From Octopus sinensis (lineage: Eukaryota): DNA of 64,000 bases. Shown one piece after another: positions 26,400 through 38,943 of the stretch (position 1 is the first letter of the stretch; each line of letters begins with the position of its first letter). The stretch covers positions 30,070,001-30,134,000 of the forward strand of contig NC_042997.1 in the NCBI RefSeq assembly GCF_006345805.1, read 5' to 3'. Under the pieces are notes generated by a model, which worked only from the letters and a program-made list of their open reading frames with translations, ran no database searches and had not been told where the DNA came from. The translations under genes were made by a program, and so were the position numbers.

Positions 26400-26640
26400 T
26401 TAGAGAACTAATAGCCGACAGCCAGCTACAATCTGCGTCTCCATATCCAGTAACCATTGTTGATGTGTCATAGCCAAGATTCAAACGGTCAACGAACGAA
26501 TATTCGTATATCTTCAAGTAGTTACAAAGTGTTGTTCATTTATTCCTGTTAACATTGACACCAACGCAGAAACATGTCTGCTATAAACAGATTTCCTTAC
26601 CAAAGCGATATTATTTATCGTTCTTTTGCTTACTCTTTCA
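26400..26640 (-). mobile_element. Possible very old piggyBac-like transposase relic
   Basis: Frameshifted peptides CVGVN, VDRLN and WLLDM occur in the order of the PGBD C-terminal motifs; weak. Confidence 0.25.
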
Positions 26641-27872
26641 GAAACCAGAGATAAAGACTTACTCCGTAGACTGTGAAGATCTATTGGAATAAATTAACAA
26701 TAATGCTTTCATGAAATAATGAAAATAACTTCTTTATCAGGTGCAAAGTATTAGAGAAGAAGAACATTTAGAAAAGTATTATCACCGCATCCACATTCAG
26801 ATGCAAATGTATATCTCAGAAACAAAGAATATGCTATATTATTCACAACTAAGATGAAGGCTATTGGATGTGGTACACAACGGCTAACTCACAAGTTGTA
26901 AGTTCAAAATCAGAATAGTTAAAGTTTATGAAGGTTTCGTTGGAAACATTTATTTCTCTTACATTATCAGTCACATTCATCGTGAGGAAAATAATTGTAT
27001 TTTTTATTATTTTTTGGAGGAGAAAGTGTTTCAATACTTTTAGACAAAATCCTTGACAGACGGAAATTAAATAAGAATTGAAATAGAATAAAGAATAGCA
27101 TTGGTTCACAGCCATATTTTTTGTAATTCAGTAAGATATTATAGGATGACGATGAGCTTGTATCAGAGTAAGAGGCAGCTAAACACACAGTCCATATAAG
27201 ATAAAGGGTTCATCTCTGGCGGTGCTCGCTTGAGCAATATCAAAATCATAAATGGCATGGTAATTTCTGTAAACCTTTCAGCTCACAATGGGAGATATCT
27301 TTTACGTGATCGTTTGACCTGCCAGAAATGCGTGTCAACTCTCCTTCAAACTCCAATCTATCGTCTAAAATAAGGACAAGTCGCATTAAATACTGTGGTT
27401 CTGTATATTATTAAACGATGAATTGGTTACTGGCAGAATACGTTTTTGACTTATAGACTATTTCATCAGAGTTGACTTGTAAATAAAGACCAATAAGAAA
27501 TTTTTCATCTGCTATAAATACACTTCCTGTTTACCATGATGAGCTGCATTTTCACATGTTAAATACTTAATTAACTACATAAAGCATTTCTAGAAAGCGG
27601 GTTACAAACTTACAAACTATCGATCTCATCACTAGTTAAGTCCCTTGTGATCGATTCATTGTAAACACGTTTCGATTGTTTACAATATTTCTATTCACTC
27701 ATATCTACGTACCTGCATACTATGTCTGAATAAAAGAAACAAAATAAAAACAAACGATTACTGATTATTTCCTATAAATTCATTAATTCCATTCTTTGTG
27801 TATACCTGATAGGCACATATAATGATAAACTTCAAGGAAGTTGTCCATTGAGACCAAAACATATCTGGAGTT

Positions 27873-28697
<825 letters not shown>

Positions 28698-29384
28698 AAT
28701 TATTGTATACAGTACTCTACCAAATTAAGATTTCCTTCTCTTACCGAATCACTTATTTCCAATTAAAATTATTTGCGACATTGCTGTATGAACCCTTTTT
28801 CTTTCTAGTAGGCGGAGTCCAGTTACCGCCTTTGGATGTTCGGCTGATCTAATCTCCGTGCCACACTGTTTATTCCTCCTTGATATGTGTACATTCCTGA
28901 TCAATGTTAGGACATACTGGGCGCATTAAACGTATTAACTGATTTTATCAATGATTTTAAAATTTAGACAGAGAACTACATATATCGTGTAATTCTTGTC
29001 CGCCAGCCAGATTAGTAGATGTTTTGAAGTCTCACATTACAGTTACACGTGTTAATCTGTGAATTCCAGTTTGTATTTATGTTTCGCTAAAACATATTTG
29101 GTATCAATTGACTGGAGGCGAACTTCACATATATTGTTGACTGCGGCTATAAGAGACAAGTCTATTCAACTGGAAATGTGTACCACCTGAATGATGATGC
29201 AGTTTTCTCTTCCTCCAGCATTCTGTATGATCCGCCGTGTGAAAAGGTGGGTGAGTGGAGACGGTTTCTATGGCTACTCGCGGTCAACTAACTTTTGATG
29301 GAATACTTTTCATCTTAGTCCTGCTAATACAGAAAAGTGTTGGGTTTAAAAAAGCAATAATAACGTTTTCAAGTTTTTTCCACA

Positions 29385-29578
29385 AGGGCAGCATTTAGTG
29401 AGGGGGGAAGAGTCGATTACTTCGACCTCAGTGTTCAACTGGTACTAATTTTATCGATTCTGAAAGGATGAAAAGCAATGTTGACCTTGGCAGAATTTGA
29501 ACACAAAACGTGAAGACGGACGAAAGGCAGCTAAGCATTTTGCTAGGCGTGCTAACGATTCTGCCAGCTCGCCGCCTT
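29385..29578 (-). mobile_element. SINE B, tail B type, diverged
   Basis: Head GGCGGCGAGCTGGCAG and core on the minus strand. Confidence 0.7.
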
Positions 29579-30639
29579 AACAATAATAATAATAATAATA
29601 ATGATAATACAATAAAGGGAGTCAATGATTCAACCTCCATGCCATCACTGTTTGCTACAACTAGTAGCCAAATTATCCTCAAATCATCCTATATAATTTC
29701 TCTGAAAGGACGACACTTTGAATAATATAGTCTTAAATACACAAATATCTGACTAACGGGTAGAGTCTTAGTTGAGACGTCTTTGCAAATAGATCAACAG
29801 CAATAACAACATCAACAACTTGAACATCAAGAAAGGCTAATAATAACCATTGTATGATAAGATTAAAATAAAGAAAGCTATACACATCAGAAGAGCAACC
29901 AGTAAATCCAACAACGGTTTTAAATCCGGCGACATCAATGATTGGTAACAAGCGAACGAGATAGGTTTTTGTAGTCGTTCCTTGATACGTAGTATATCAA
30001 TGGTAACCATTGGAACGTATTTTATTATATTATAGATTTGACAAGTCAAGTTAAAGGTATTGTGAAAAATCTGGAAATTTAAAAATTAAGTGAAAACTTT
30101 CAAATTTTATATACTGATGTAATTTTTCACGCAGGATCCGAATTTGGGATTCATTCATTCACCAAAATCAAAAGAGAGAAAAAAAGATTAGAAGAATGTT
30201 AAAGAGGTTCAACACTTCATTTTTAGCCAATCAGGAAACAGGAATCACGAAATGATAGACTGTCTGTCACGAAATGATAGCATCAACAAAATTAAAGCAG
30301 AACATTACGAAAGTTCTGACATGTTTTAATAACTTTTAACGAATGAAGTCATGTGAAACAGTCGAACAGAAATGTAATCAATTGAAACCGAAAAAATCCT
30401 CAACGAAATTTTTCTTGCGAAATATCAAAATCAAACTGTGTGAGACAGCATAAGAGTTTATGAAACAGTTGTAAAAGGAAAAATCGTCAATGATTATTCC
30501 CCATGAAACTTCACAAACGAAGGTTTGACATACACTCTAGTAGCTTTTGAACAAATCACAATTTTGTTACCTCCTCTGCCACATAAATTCGCAAAGATAT
30601 GAGTCTACTATATAACAGTGGGTCTCACAGCGTCGTTTT

Positions 30640-31200
30640 AGACAGTCATTTTAGACAGTCCCGTGTACTTTCAACCTGTTGCGTTGGATCCCATCTTTCG
30701 GGTTGATAAACTGGACTCTGTGGTTCCCGTTCTTTGTAGAAAATTATATCCATTAAACTCCAGAATGTGAGAGTAGGTCGCCACAAGTCATTGAAAACTG
30801 TTGTTCCTGGAAGAGTCGACTGTCGTTTGCACTCCTGTAACGTGTCGCGATTCCGATATGGCACCGCGTAAAGAAAACTTCTCTGATCTCGTAACACGCG
30901 ACTCCGAAAACCCACTGATCATGTTGCACCCTTCCTCGGTTGTATTTACGCCTCGAGGAGACTGTTTCGTCTATCTCACCTTTCCTGCCGACACCATCTA
31001 TCTGACCTGGGCTATAGTGCAGATCCTCCGCACATTTCTCCCGAGCATACCTGTTGTAATCAACAACCGTGCTTTGATCCATAGCCAGTACTTCAACAGA
31101 AAAACGGACTGAAGTTAATTCCTTGACCCAGGAATATGAGAAAGGAAGTACAGTACTAAGAAGAAAGGCGCCACCTTCCAACCATGAACTTCTTCAGAGT
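30640..31200 (-). mobile_element. Decayed Merlin / IS1595 (ISXO2-like) DDE transposase
   Basis: EIDETVSSRRKYNRGR...WVFG...VPYRNRDTL...PGTTVFNDLW...TQQVES, frameshifted. Confidence 0.85.
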
Positions 31201-31805
31201 GACACACACGCGTTGCATCATTTTCGGGAGCATCAGTATCTTTCCTGCGTTGCATCTTTTTTTTTTTTCATATAATGTCTCACTTTACAGAACTTGATTT
31301 TTAGACATAACACCCTTCTCTTGAAAGTAAGAAACCGCATCCTCTACGGTATTCAAATTCCTCCATCATACACGAAAGGTTAAATGATTTTGCTGTGGTC
31401 ATACTATATCTAGATGTAGAATTGACATGTTGTAGAAAATGTCCAGGAAAATACAGGTCAAAATGATGATAATGAGGTGCAGAAGTTTAAGATCCAAAAG
31501 TACACAGGTACAAAGTGATAACGTTCGTCAAAAATAGTGATGGTGGTTGCAGAGATGAAAGTGTCACAGTCTCGATAAGTACAGCATCCTTGTTACAATG
31601 AAAACAGGGCAGACAACAGCTTTGCTTGTTACTATGGAAACAGAGACCAGTGTGAGATTTACGGTCATGCGTACAACGATGGGTCTCAGTTGGTAAAATT
31701 ACCCAAAATTTGCAAATTTTAAAAGTTATTAACTTTTAAAATTAAAAGTTATTAACTTTTTGTTTATTAATTTATAGAAAAAATTAATTTCATTTTCAGA
31801 ATTTT

Positions 31806-31950
31806 CAGATAAGGGGTCCAGGAAAGATCTTTGAGATAGATGAAACAGTCTTCTGAAGGCGTAAATACAACCGAGTAAGGGTGCTACATGAGCAGTGGGT
31901 TTTCGGAGGAGAGTGTCGCGAGATCAGAGAAGTTTTTCTTTACATGGTGC
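31806..31950 (+). mobile_element. Second Merlin-like transposase fragment in opposite orientation
   Basis: GPGKIFEIDETVF*RRKYNRVRVLHEQWVFGGECREIREVF, homologous to ~30890-31010 (-). Confidence 0.8.
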
Positions 31951-32211
31951 TATATCAAAATTAGATCGGTATGCCAAATTTGAAAACAACTGGAACAACA
32001 TTGAAAAAAAAAAGAAAACGAATACTGTAAACAGCGACCGAAAAGATCCTCTACAATATCTCAAAGCTTCATCGAGTATATTCTTCAACACCATCCTGAA
32101 AGTGTTATCACTCTCTGTTTCTCTTTTTCTCCCACGCTCTTTCCCACCACCTATCTTTCTCTGTCTCTCATACACATATTCACTGTCCAGACAAGCAAGC
32201 CAAAGCATTTA

Positions 32212-32422
32212 CTCTTTTACTTGTTTCAGTCATTTGACTGTGGCCATGCTGGAGCACCGCCTTTAGTCGAACAAATCGACCCCGGGACTTATTCTTTGTA
32301 AGCCCAGTACTTATTCTATCGGTCTCTTTTGCCGAACCGCTAAGTGACGGGGACGTATACACACCAGCATCGGTTGTCAAGCAATGCTAGGGGGACAAAC
32401 ACAGACACACAAACACACAAAC

Positions 32423-32467
<45 letters not shown>

Positions 32468-32637
32468 TACGATAGGCTTCTTTCAGTTTCCGTCTACCAA
32501 ATTCACTCACAAGGCATTGGTCGGCCCGGGGCTATAGCAGAAGTCACTTGCCCAAGATGCCACGCAGTGAGGCTGAACCCGGAACCCGGAACCATGTGGT
32601 TGGTTAGCAAGCTACTTACCACACAGCCACTCCTGCG
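32212..32637 (-). mobile_element. SINE family C
   Basis: Full-length match; small GGAACCC tandem duplication near the B box. Confidence 0.9.
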
Positions 32638-32932
32638 TAGTGTATGTTTTGAGTTGAAATCCCACAGAGATCAACTTGGCCTTTCATCGTTCTCAATAAA
32701 GTAAGTCCTAGAAACATTAATGCAATAAGACCGAAAATGAGATTGCAGGGTTACGGCTAGAATGAATTACATTACTCATAGTGCTCGTTTATACCTTGGC
32801 CTGGGAAGGAACATCAACGAGTAAAAGGAAACCAACGAGAAGAAAAAGAAAAACAGTGCCACGAGACGAGATCACCAGCAGTACCGCCTGCAATAATCAT
32901 CACCGATACAACCACAGTGTGGTATTAACAAC

Positions 32933-33160
32933 GGCGAGCTGGCAGAAACGTTAGCACGTCGGGCAAAATGCTTAGCGGTATTTCGTCTGCCGTTACGTTG
33001 TGAGTTCAAATTCCGCCGAGGTCGACTTTGCCTTTCATCCTTTCGGGATCGATAAATTAAGTACCAGTTACGCACTGGAGTCGATGTTATCGACTTAATA
33101 CCTATGTCTGTCCTTGTTTGTCCCCTCTATGTTTAGCCCCTTGTGGGTAATAAAGAAATA
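32933..33160 (+). mobile_element. SINE family B with 12-bp TSD
   Basis: GGTATTAACAAC at 32921-32932 and 33161-33172. Confidence 0.9.
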
Positions 33161-33325
33161 GGTATTAACAACTGCGCAAGAACACTATATGTTTGGAAGT
33201 GATAATGTTTTTGCAGCATACTTTGTAAATATTGATTTTAATATATAGGAATTCAAAGGAAATTTGCTAGAAGAAAAATTAGCAAACTTTTAGAGTTACT
33301 GATTATCTAATATACACACGAACAC

Positions 33326-33394
<69 letters not shown>

Positions 33395-33450
33395 ATTATA
33401 TATATACATAAAGAGAGAGAGAGAGTAAAGACAATAAACATTAAATAAAT

Positions 33451-33643
33451 TTGTACAGGATAAAACAAAGTTTGATATATATGGTGTTTAATGCTTCATA
33501 AGAAGAATGACAAAGTCCCAACGTTTCAGGAGGAAGTCTTTCGTCAGAAGAAAGAAATAGCGGGCGCAATGAAGTTAAGAGAAGCGGGGTAGGTACAGGA
33601 TTTGAGTCAAAGAGAGGATAATGTTCTATGGGAAAGAGGAAAG
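33451..33643 (-). mobile_element. ~190-bp dispersed repeat with a hammerhead-like motif (copy 2; motif 33516-33551)
   Basis: Minus strand TCTT CTGACGA AAGACTTCCTCCT GAAA CG T T GGGA. Confidence 0.65.
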
Positions 33644-33646
33644 TAT

Positions 33647-33737
<91 letters not shown>

Positions 33738-34078
33738 TACATGTATGTGTATAGAATATATTACTCAAAGAAATCCCAGCTTTCACGTTTTATTTACAGT
33801 CTTATAATAATATAATATAAGATATAATATAATGAAATGATAGAATATTAAATGTCCATTCTTATTGAACTGATACTTTCATGCATTAAACTATGTAATC
33901 TTCAGGTTCATGTAGCAGTGGTGAAATAGCTAAAAAATTACTGCTTTGGCCAGGGTCAAAATATAGGTCCCTTGACATGTTCAACAAGCCGTGACTCCCT
34001 ATATATATATATTTACACACACATACATATGTGTGTGTGTACATACATGCATATATATATATACACTCACATACGGAG

Positions 34079-35680
34079 AGCCATTCCGATAAGTAGATTA
34101 TCTCCCTTGGCTAGGAGGCGCTCCATGCACCATGCAGACAATTCTACTTCCGCGGAGTACTCACGTCATTGTTGTTGTGTGTCACGTCATGTCATCGAAA
34201 AATTTTTGCTGAAATTTCTCTAAATATAAGGAGAGGTGGGCTTTATACGCGAGATAATTGATTTACAACCATAACAGTTATGTGTTACAAAGTGGTGACT
34301 GTAAATTAGTCAGTCTTGCACATAATTTCCAGATTTTTGATACTTGGTGAGACATAAATAAACATGACGGTTTTCAAAATATTGAAGTTCTTAATTCTTT
34401 CCATCAGACGCTCAACATGATTCCGATGGTTTGCAATAGTCCATGTTTCCGATACTTCCCTTTTGGATAGTTGCCCTTTCTGGTTTTTAAACGGGAGCAT
34501 GATCAACTGGATCCCACGGGGTGTTGTGAAATCAGAGACAAGAAATCCTTTGTCGGTCATCATGGAATAAGACGTAGCAACGTTGAATACAGAATCGTGT
34601 TCAAGTTCTTGTGCGTCTCTTCTTCCGAACGGTTTCTTAGACCTTTTTTCGTATCTTAATGACTTTTCTGTGTTATAACTTTATCACTTACACACCCTGC
34701 CCATAATTCCAATACAAAATTTACTGCACCAGCTGGACTGATATCTATTAAGCCCTTAAAAGTCATATGTGATTTATAATCACTGTACATCAATGATTTG
34801 CGTTGTAGGGAAGAAGGAATCTCAGTTCGTATTTCTGTACAATCAACTATAACTCGTTGGATATTTTGCACGGAATGATGGTGTCATATGGTCATTCACT
34901 GCTTTTCTTGATGGCCATGTTATCAGAATGATAACTGGACATCTAAGTATTCAATCCACTTATTAAATATTATGCCGCATATTGTTTTGCTTATGCACAT
35001 GCGATATGCTAAATCCTTTAATTGTAGCCCAAATTGCAATCATCAATTAATCGAAGTTGTCTGGGTATCCCTTGCTCAGTTGATGCCCCATGTCTGGCAG
35101 TTTCACTTTCTGCATCATCTTTAATTTCATTAAAAAGACAATCAAAGTCGTGGAATCTGGTATTCCTGTGTAAAAGACAAGCTTCTGTCTATCATTTTTC
35201 CCATCTTCCTATGTAAGCACAAGTGCATTTGCCTGTGTTTCACGATCCACCATCTTACTTTCCAAGGTGTGAGTACTGCGTATATGCTCATGCACTTACC
35301 AATGTTTTAAATACTTTGTTTGGTAAAACGGATGGTAAGAGGTGATCTGTTGATGGTCCATTAGAATTGACAAAATGCTGGCAGCAAATTTGGCTATTTG
35401 CAGTATAAACAAAGTCTATCTTCACAAATCCTGATCTCTGAAGCCAAATACGACGAATAGCGACGTTTGCAGGTATCTACGAAGTGAAATAACTTTGCCG
35501 TCTATATTCCTTCCTCTATAATTGCTGCATATACAACAGTATTTGCGCGATTTCTTCGGAGACATCATACAGCCTTTGAGTCTGTAGTCCGCAGAAGTAA
35601 AAGCAAGTCACTGAGTATGCGTACATGTCATACGGGAGAGTCCAAATCAGGGGCGGATAACTACCTTATCGGAATGTGCT
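34079..35680 (-). mobile_element. Decayed PIF/Harbinger-ISL2EU-type DNA transposon (THAP + DDE_Tnp_4), ~33-bp imperfect TIRs
   Basis: TIRs AGCCATTCCGATAAGTAGATTATC and reverse complement AGCACATTCCGATAAGGTAGTTATC; THAP-like RRIWLQR...QICCQHF...LPSVL; VIVDCTEIRTEIPSSL...YSDYKSHMTFKGLI...WAGCVSDK; MTDKGF; RNHVERLMERIKNFNIL. Confidence 0.88.
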
Positions 35681-35744
35681 ACAGATATATGTAAACATAT
35701 AGGTACATACGTATATAGTGATTTCACATTTTGACAAAAGGCCA

Positions 35745-36732
35745 GCAATTTCAATGAATGGTGTAAGTCGGTTACATCGACTACCAGTATTCAACTGGTA
35801 CTTATTTTAGTCACCCTGAAAAGAAGAAAGGCTAAGTCGACCTTGGAGTAATGTGAACACAAGACATAAAGATGGACGAAATGCCGCTAAGCATTTTGCC
35901 CGGCGTGTTAATGATTCTTTTCTACTTCTCTACACTAGGCACAAGGTCCGAAATTTTAGGGGAGGGAGCCAGTCGATTGGTTCAACCCCAATGCGAAACT
36001 GGTACTTAATTTATCGATCCAGAAAGGACGAAAAGCAAAGTCGACCTCGGCGGAATTTGAACAAAGAACGTAAAGACAGACGAAATACCGCGAAGCATTT
36101 CATCCAGGTTGCTAATGTTTCTTATTTCTTTATTACCCACAAGGGGCTAAACACAGAGAAGACAAACAAGGACAGACAAACGGATTAAGTCGATTATATC
36201 GACCTCAGTGCGTAACTGGTACTTATTTAATCGACCCCGAAAGGATGAAAGGCAAAGTTGTCCTCGGCGGAATTTGAGCTCAGAACGTAACGGCAGACGA
36301 AATACCTATTTCTATTTCTTTACTATCCACAAGGGGCCAAACACAGAATGGACAAACAAGGACAGACAAATGGATTACGTCGATTATATCAACCCCAGTG
36401 CGTAACTGGTACTTAATTTATCGATCCCGAAAGGATGAAAGGTAAAGTTGTCCTCGGCGGAATTTGAACTCAGAACGTAACGCAGACGAAATACCTATTT
36501 CTTTATTACCCACAAGGGGCTAAACACAGAGGGGACAAACAAGGACAGACAAACGGATTACGTTGATTATATCAACCCCAGTGCGTAACTGCGTAACTGG
36601 TACTTAATTAATCGACCCCGAAAGGATGAAAGGCAAAGTCGACCTCGGCGGAATTTGAACTCAGAACGTAAAGACAGACGAAATACTGTTAAGCATTTCA
36701 CCCGGCAGTCCAACGTTTCTGCCAGCTCGCTG
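35745..36732 (-). mobile_element. Tandem array of ~5 SINE B units (one headed, others headless; mixed tails)
   Basis: Repeated GACGAAATACC/TATTTC junctions at ~36305 and ~36495; full head at ~36730. Confidence 0.88.
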
Positions 36733-37763
36733 CCTTTACGTATTGAAGCTGAAAGGTTATTATTCGACGCGAGTTTCAAGCCACATCAACATTCAAACGT
36801 GTGCTTCTATAATTTGATTTGTGTATTTCCGTTACTGTTCCTTGTATTTATTCATTGGTTGTCATATAATTTCTGCATAAGTTGACTTGTTGCAATTTTT
36901 GCATCTGTCGCTTGGTTGAAATTTTTTGTTTTTCTTGATTAATTTTGTGGCCTAATGCATACTTTCGTTCAATTTGTATTTGGGGCTCGTATTCAGCTAT
37001 TTTTATAAAGTTTTTAAGACGGTTACGTGTTCGATTTATCGGTTACTCTAATTAAGGTTTTTGTTTCCATACTCAGTGTTATGTAATTTTATTAGAAACA
37101 GGCGTGCGTTTGTAACTGAATTTCGTAAATAGGGGTGTGTATTTCACATTTCGATTTTGTCAGGTTTGTAAGGTTTCAAGACTTGATTACATGTGCTTGT
37201 TTGTCTTTTGTTAATGATAGGAGTCTTTAGATGTTTACATTTTGTTTTGCGGTAACATCAGATTAATGGTAAAATATTTTGTTATTTTGTTTATTGTATG
37301 CATGCGATGTTGTTCACCGAATTCATCTATCAAACTAATTTTAGCTCTAAAGATTTGTCGTTTTATCTCTGGTCAAGTCTGCTTCGCTAAAAAGAGATAT
37401 CTATTTTGCGGAAATGTTTGTGAGTGTATCGTATTGTAATAGGTATTAATATCCATGGATAACTTATCTTTGCAAATGTGTTTTGTATTTTATTTTGGAC
37501 AAGACTGAAGAGTTTATAGGAGGGACTGTGTTGTTGCTTATTCGATTTATCTGTTAAACTAATTAAAGAAATTTGTGCGTTTATTGACCAAAGCCGTTTC
37601 TTTAATTAGAAACAAGCTTGCGATTACGAGTGCTACAAAAGGGGTGTGATTTTCATGGGTGGTATGATTAATGTATATATATATTTTTACAAACTTCTTT
37701 GTGAAGATTATATATGTGTGTGTGTGTATGGAGTCGTAGCGTTAAGTGGTGATATATATATAT

Positions 37764-37861
<98 letters not shown>

Positions 37862-37868
37862 TATATAT

Positions 37869-37902
<34 letters not shown>

Positions 37903-37903
<1 letters not shown>

Positions 37904-38064
37904 GAGGCTATTACTAGTTCAAATATGTTTGAGTCATATTCGAAGCCATAAGAAAGTCATTCATTGTATTTTGTCGGGGAAGTTTCTGCCATTAAAAAAC
38001 ACAGGAATGACTTTCTTACAGGTTCGAATATGCCCCGATCATATATGAATTGATAACGACCTTA
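37903..38064. mobile_element. Mariner-like MITE (imperfect hairpin, TA flanks)
   Basis: TA|CGAGG start; CATATTCGAA/TTCGAATATG and AAGAAAGTCATTC/GAATGACTTTCTT inverted pairs; inserted in (TA)n. Confidence 0.55.
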
Positions 38065-38177
<113 letters not shown>

Positions 38178-38244
38178 ATATATATAATATATATATTTCT
38201 TCCTGTCTGTCTATCTATTTATCTATTTATTTCTCTCTCTCTCA

Positions 38245-38283
<39 letters not shown>

Positions 38284-38699
38284 ATATATTATATATATAT
38301 ATATACATATACACACGCACACATGTATATATGTCTGTGCATATATGTGTATATACAGAGAGGGTAATCTCATTTGGCAGTTAATCGTGGAGTTCAACCT
38401 ATAAAGCTCAACCACAGATACAGGATATCGGATACATGGTAATCCAGAGATCCTTAGTTATATAAGATATCTACCTGAAAATTCACATCAAAATAACAGA
38501 GTTTCTACAATTAAAACAAAGAAGAATAGAGGGAGCAATTCCGTTTATTTCTTCTTTAATTTTGTGTCTAGAACACCTCATGAAACAATGGCTGCATTAG
38601 TTATTGCATAACGATATACTAATGCACATGATATCGATTTTAGGGGAAACAATTTTCAATCAATAAAATAAAAGGACTTGCTCACTCCCTTTTCCAAGA

Positions 38700-38943
<244 letters not shown>

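Noticed and set aside
27455-27480. Minus-strand CTGATGA
   Set aside because: Lacks the GAAA core element.
36740-37600. T-rich strand-biased region with a GAAACTCGCGTC relic suggesting a Penelope pLTR/ORF on the minus strand
   Set aside because: CUGANGA core missing and peptide matches too weak.
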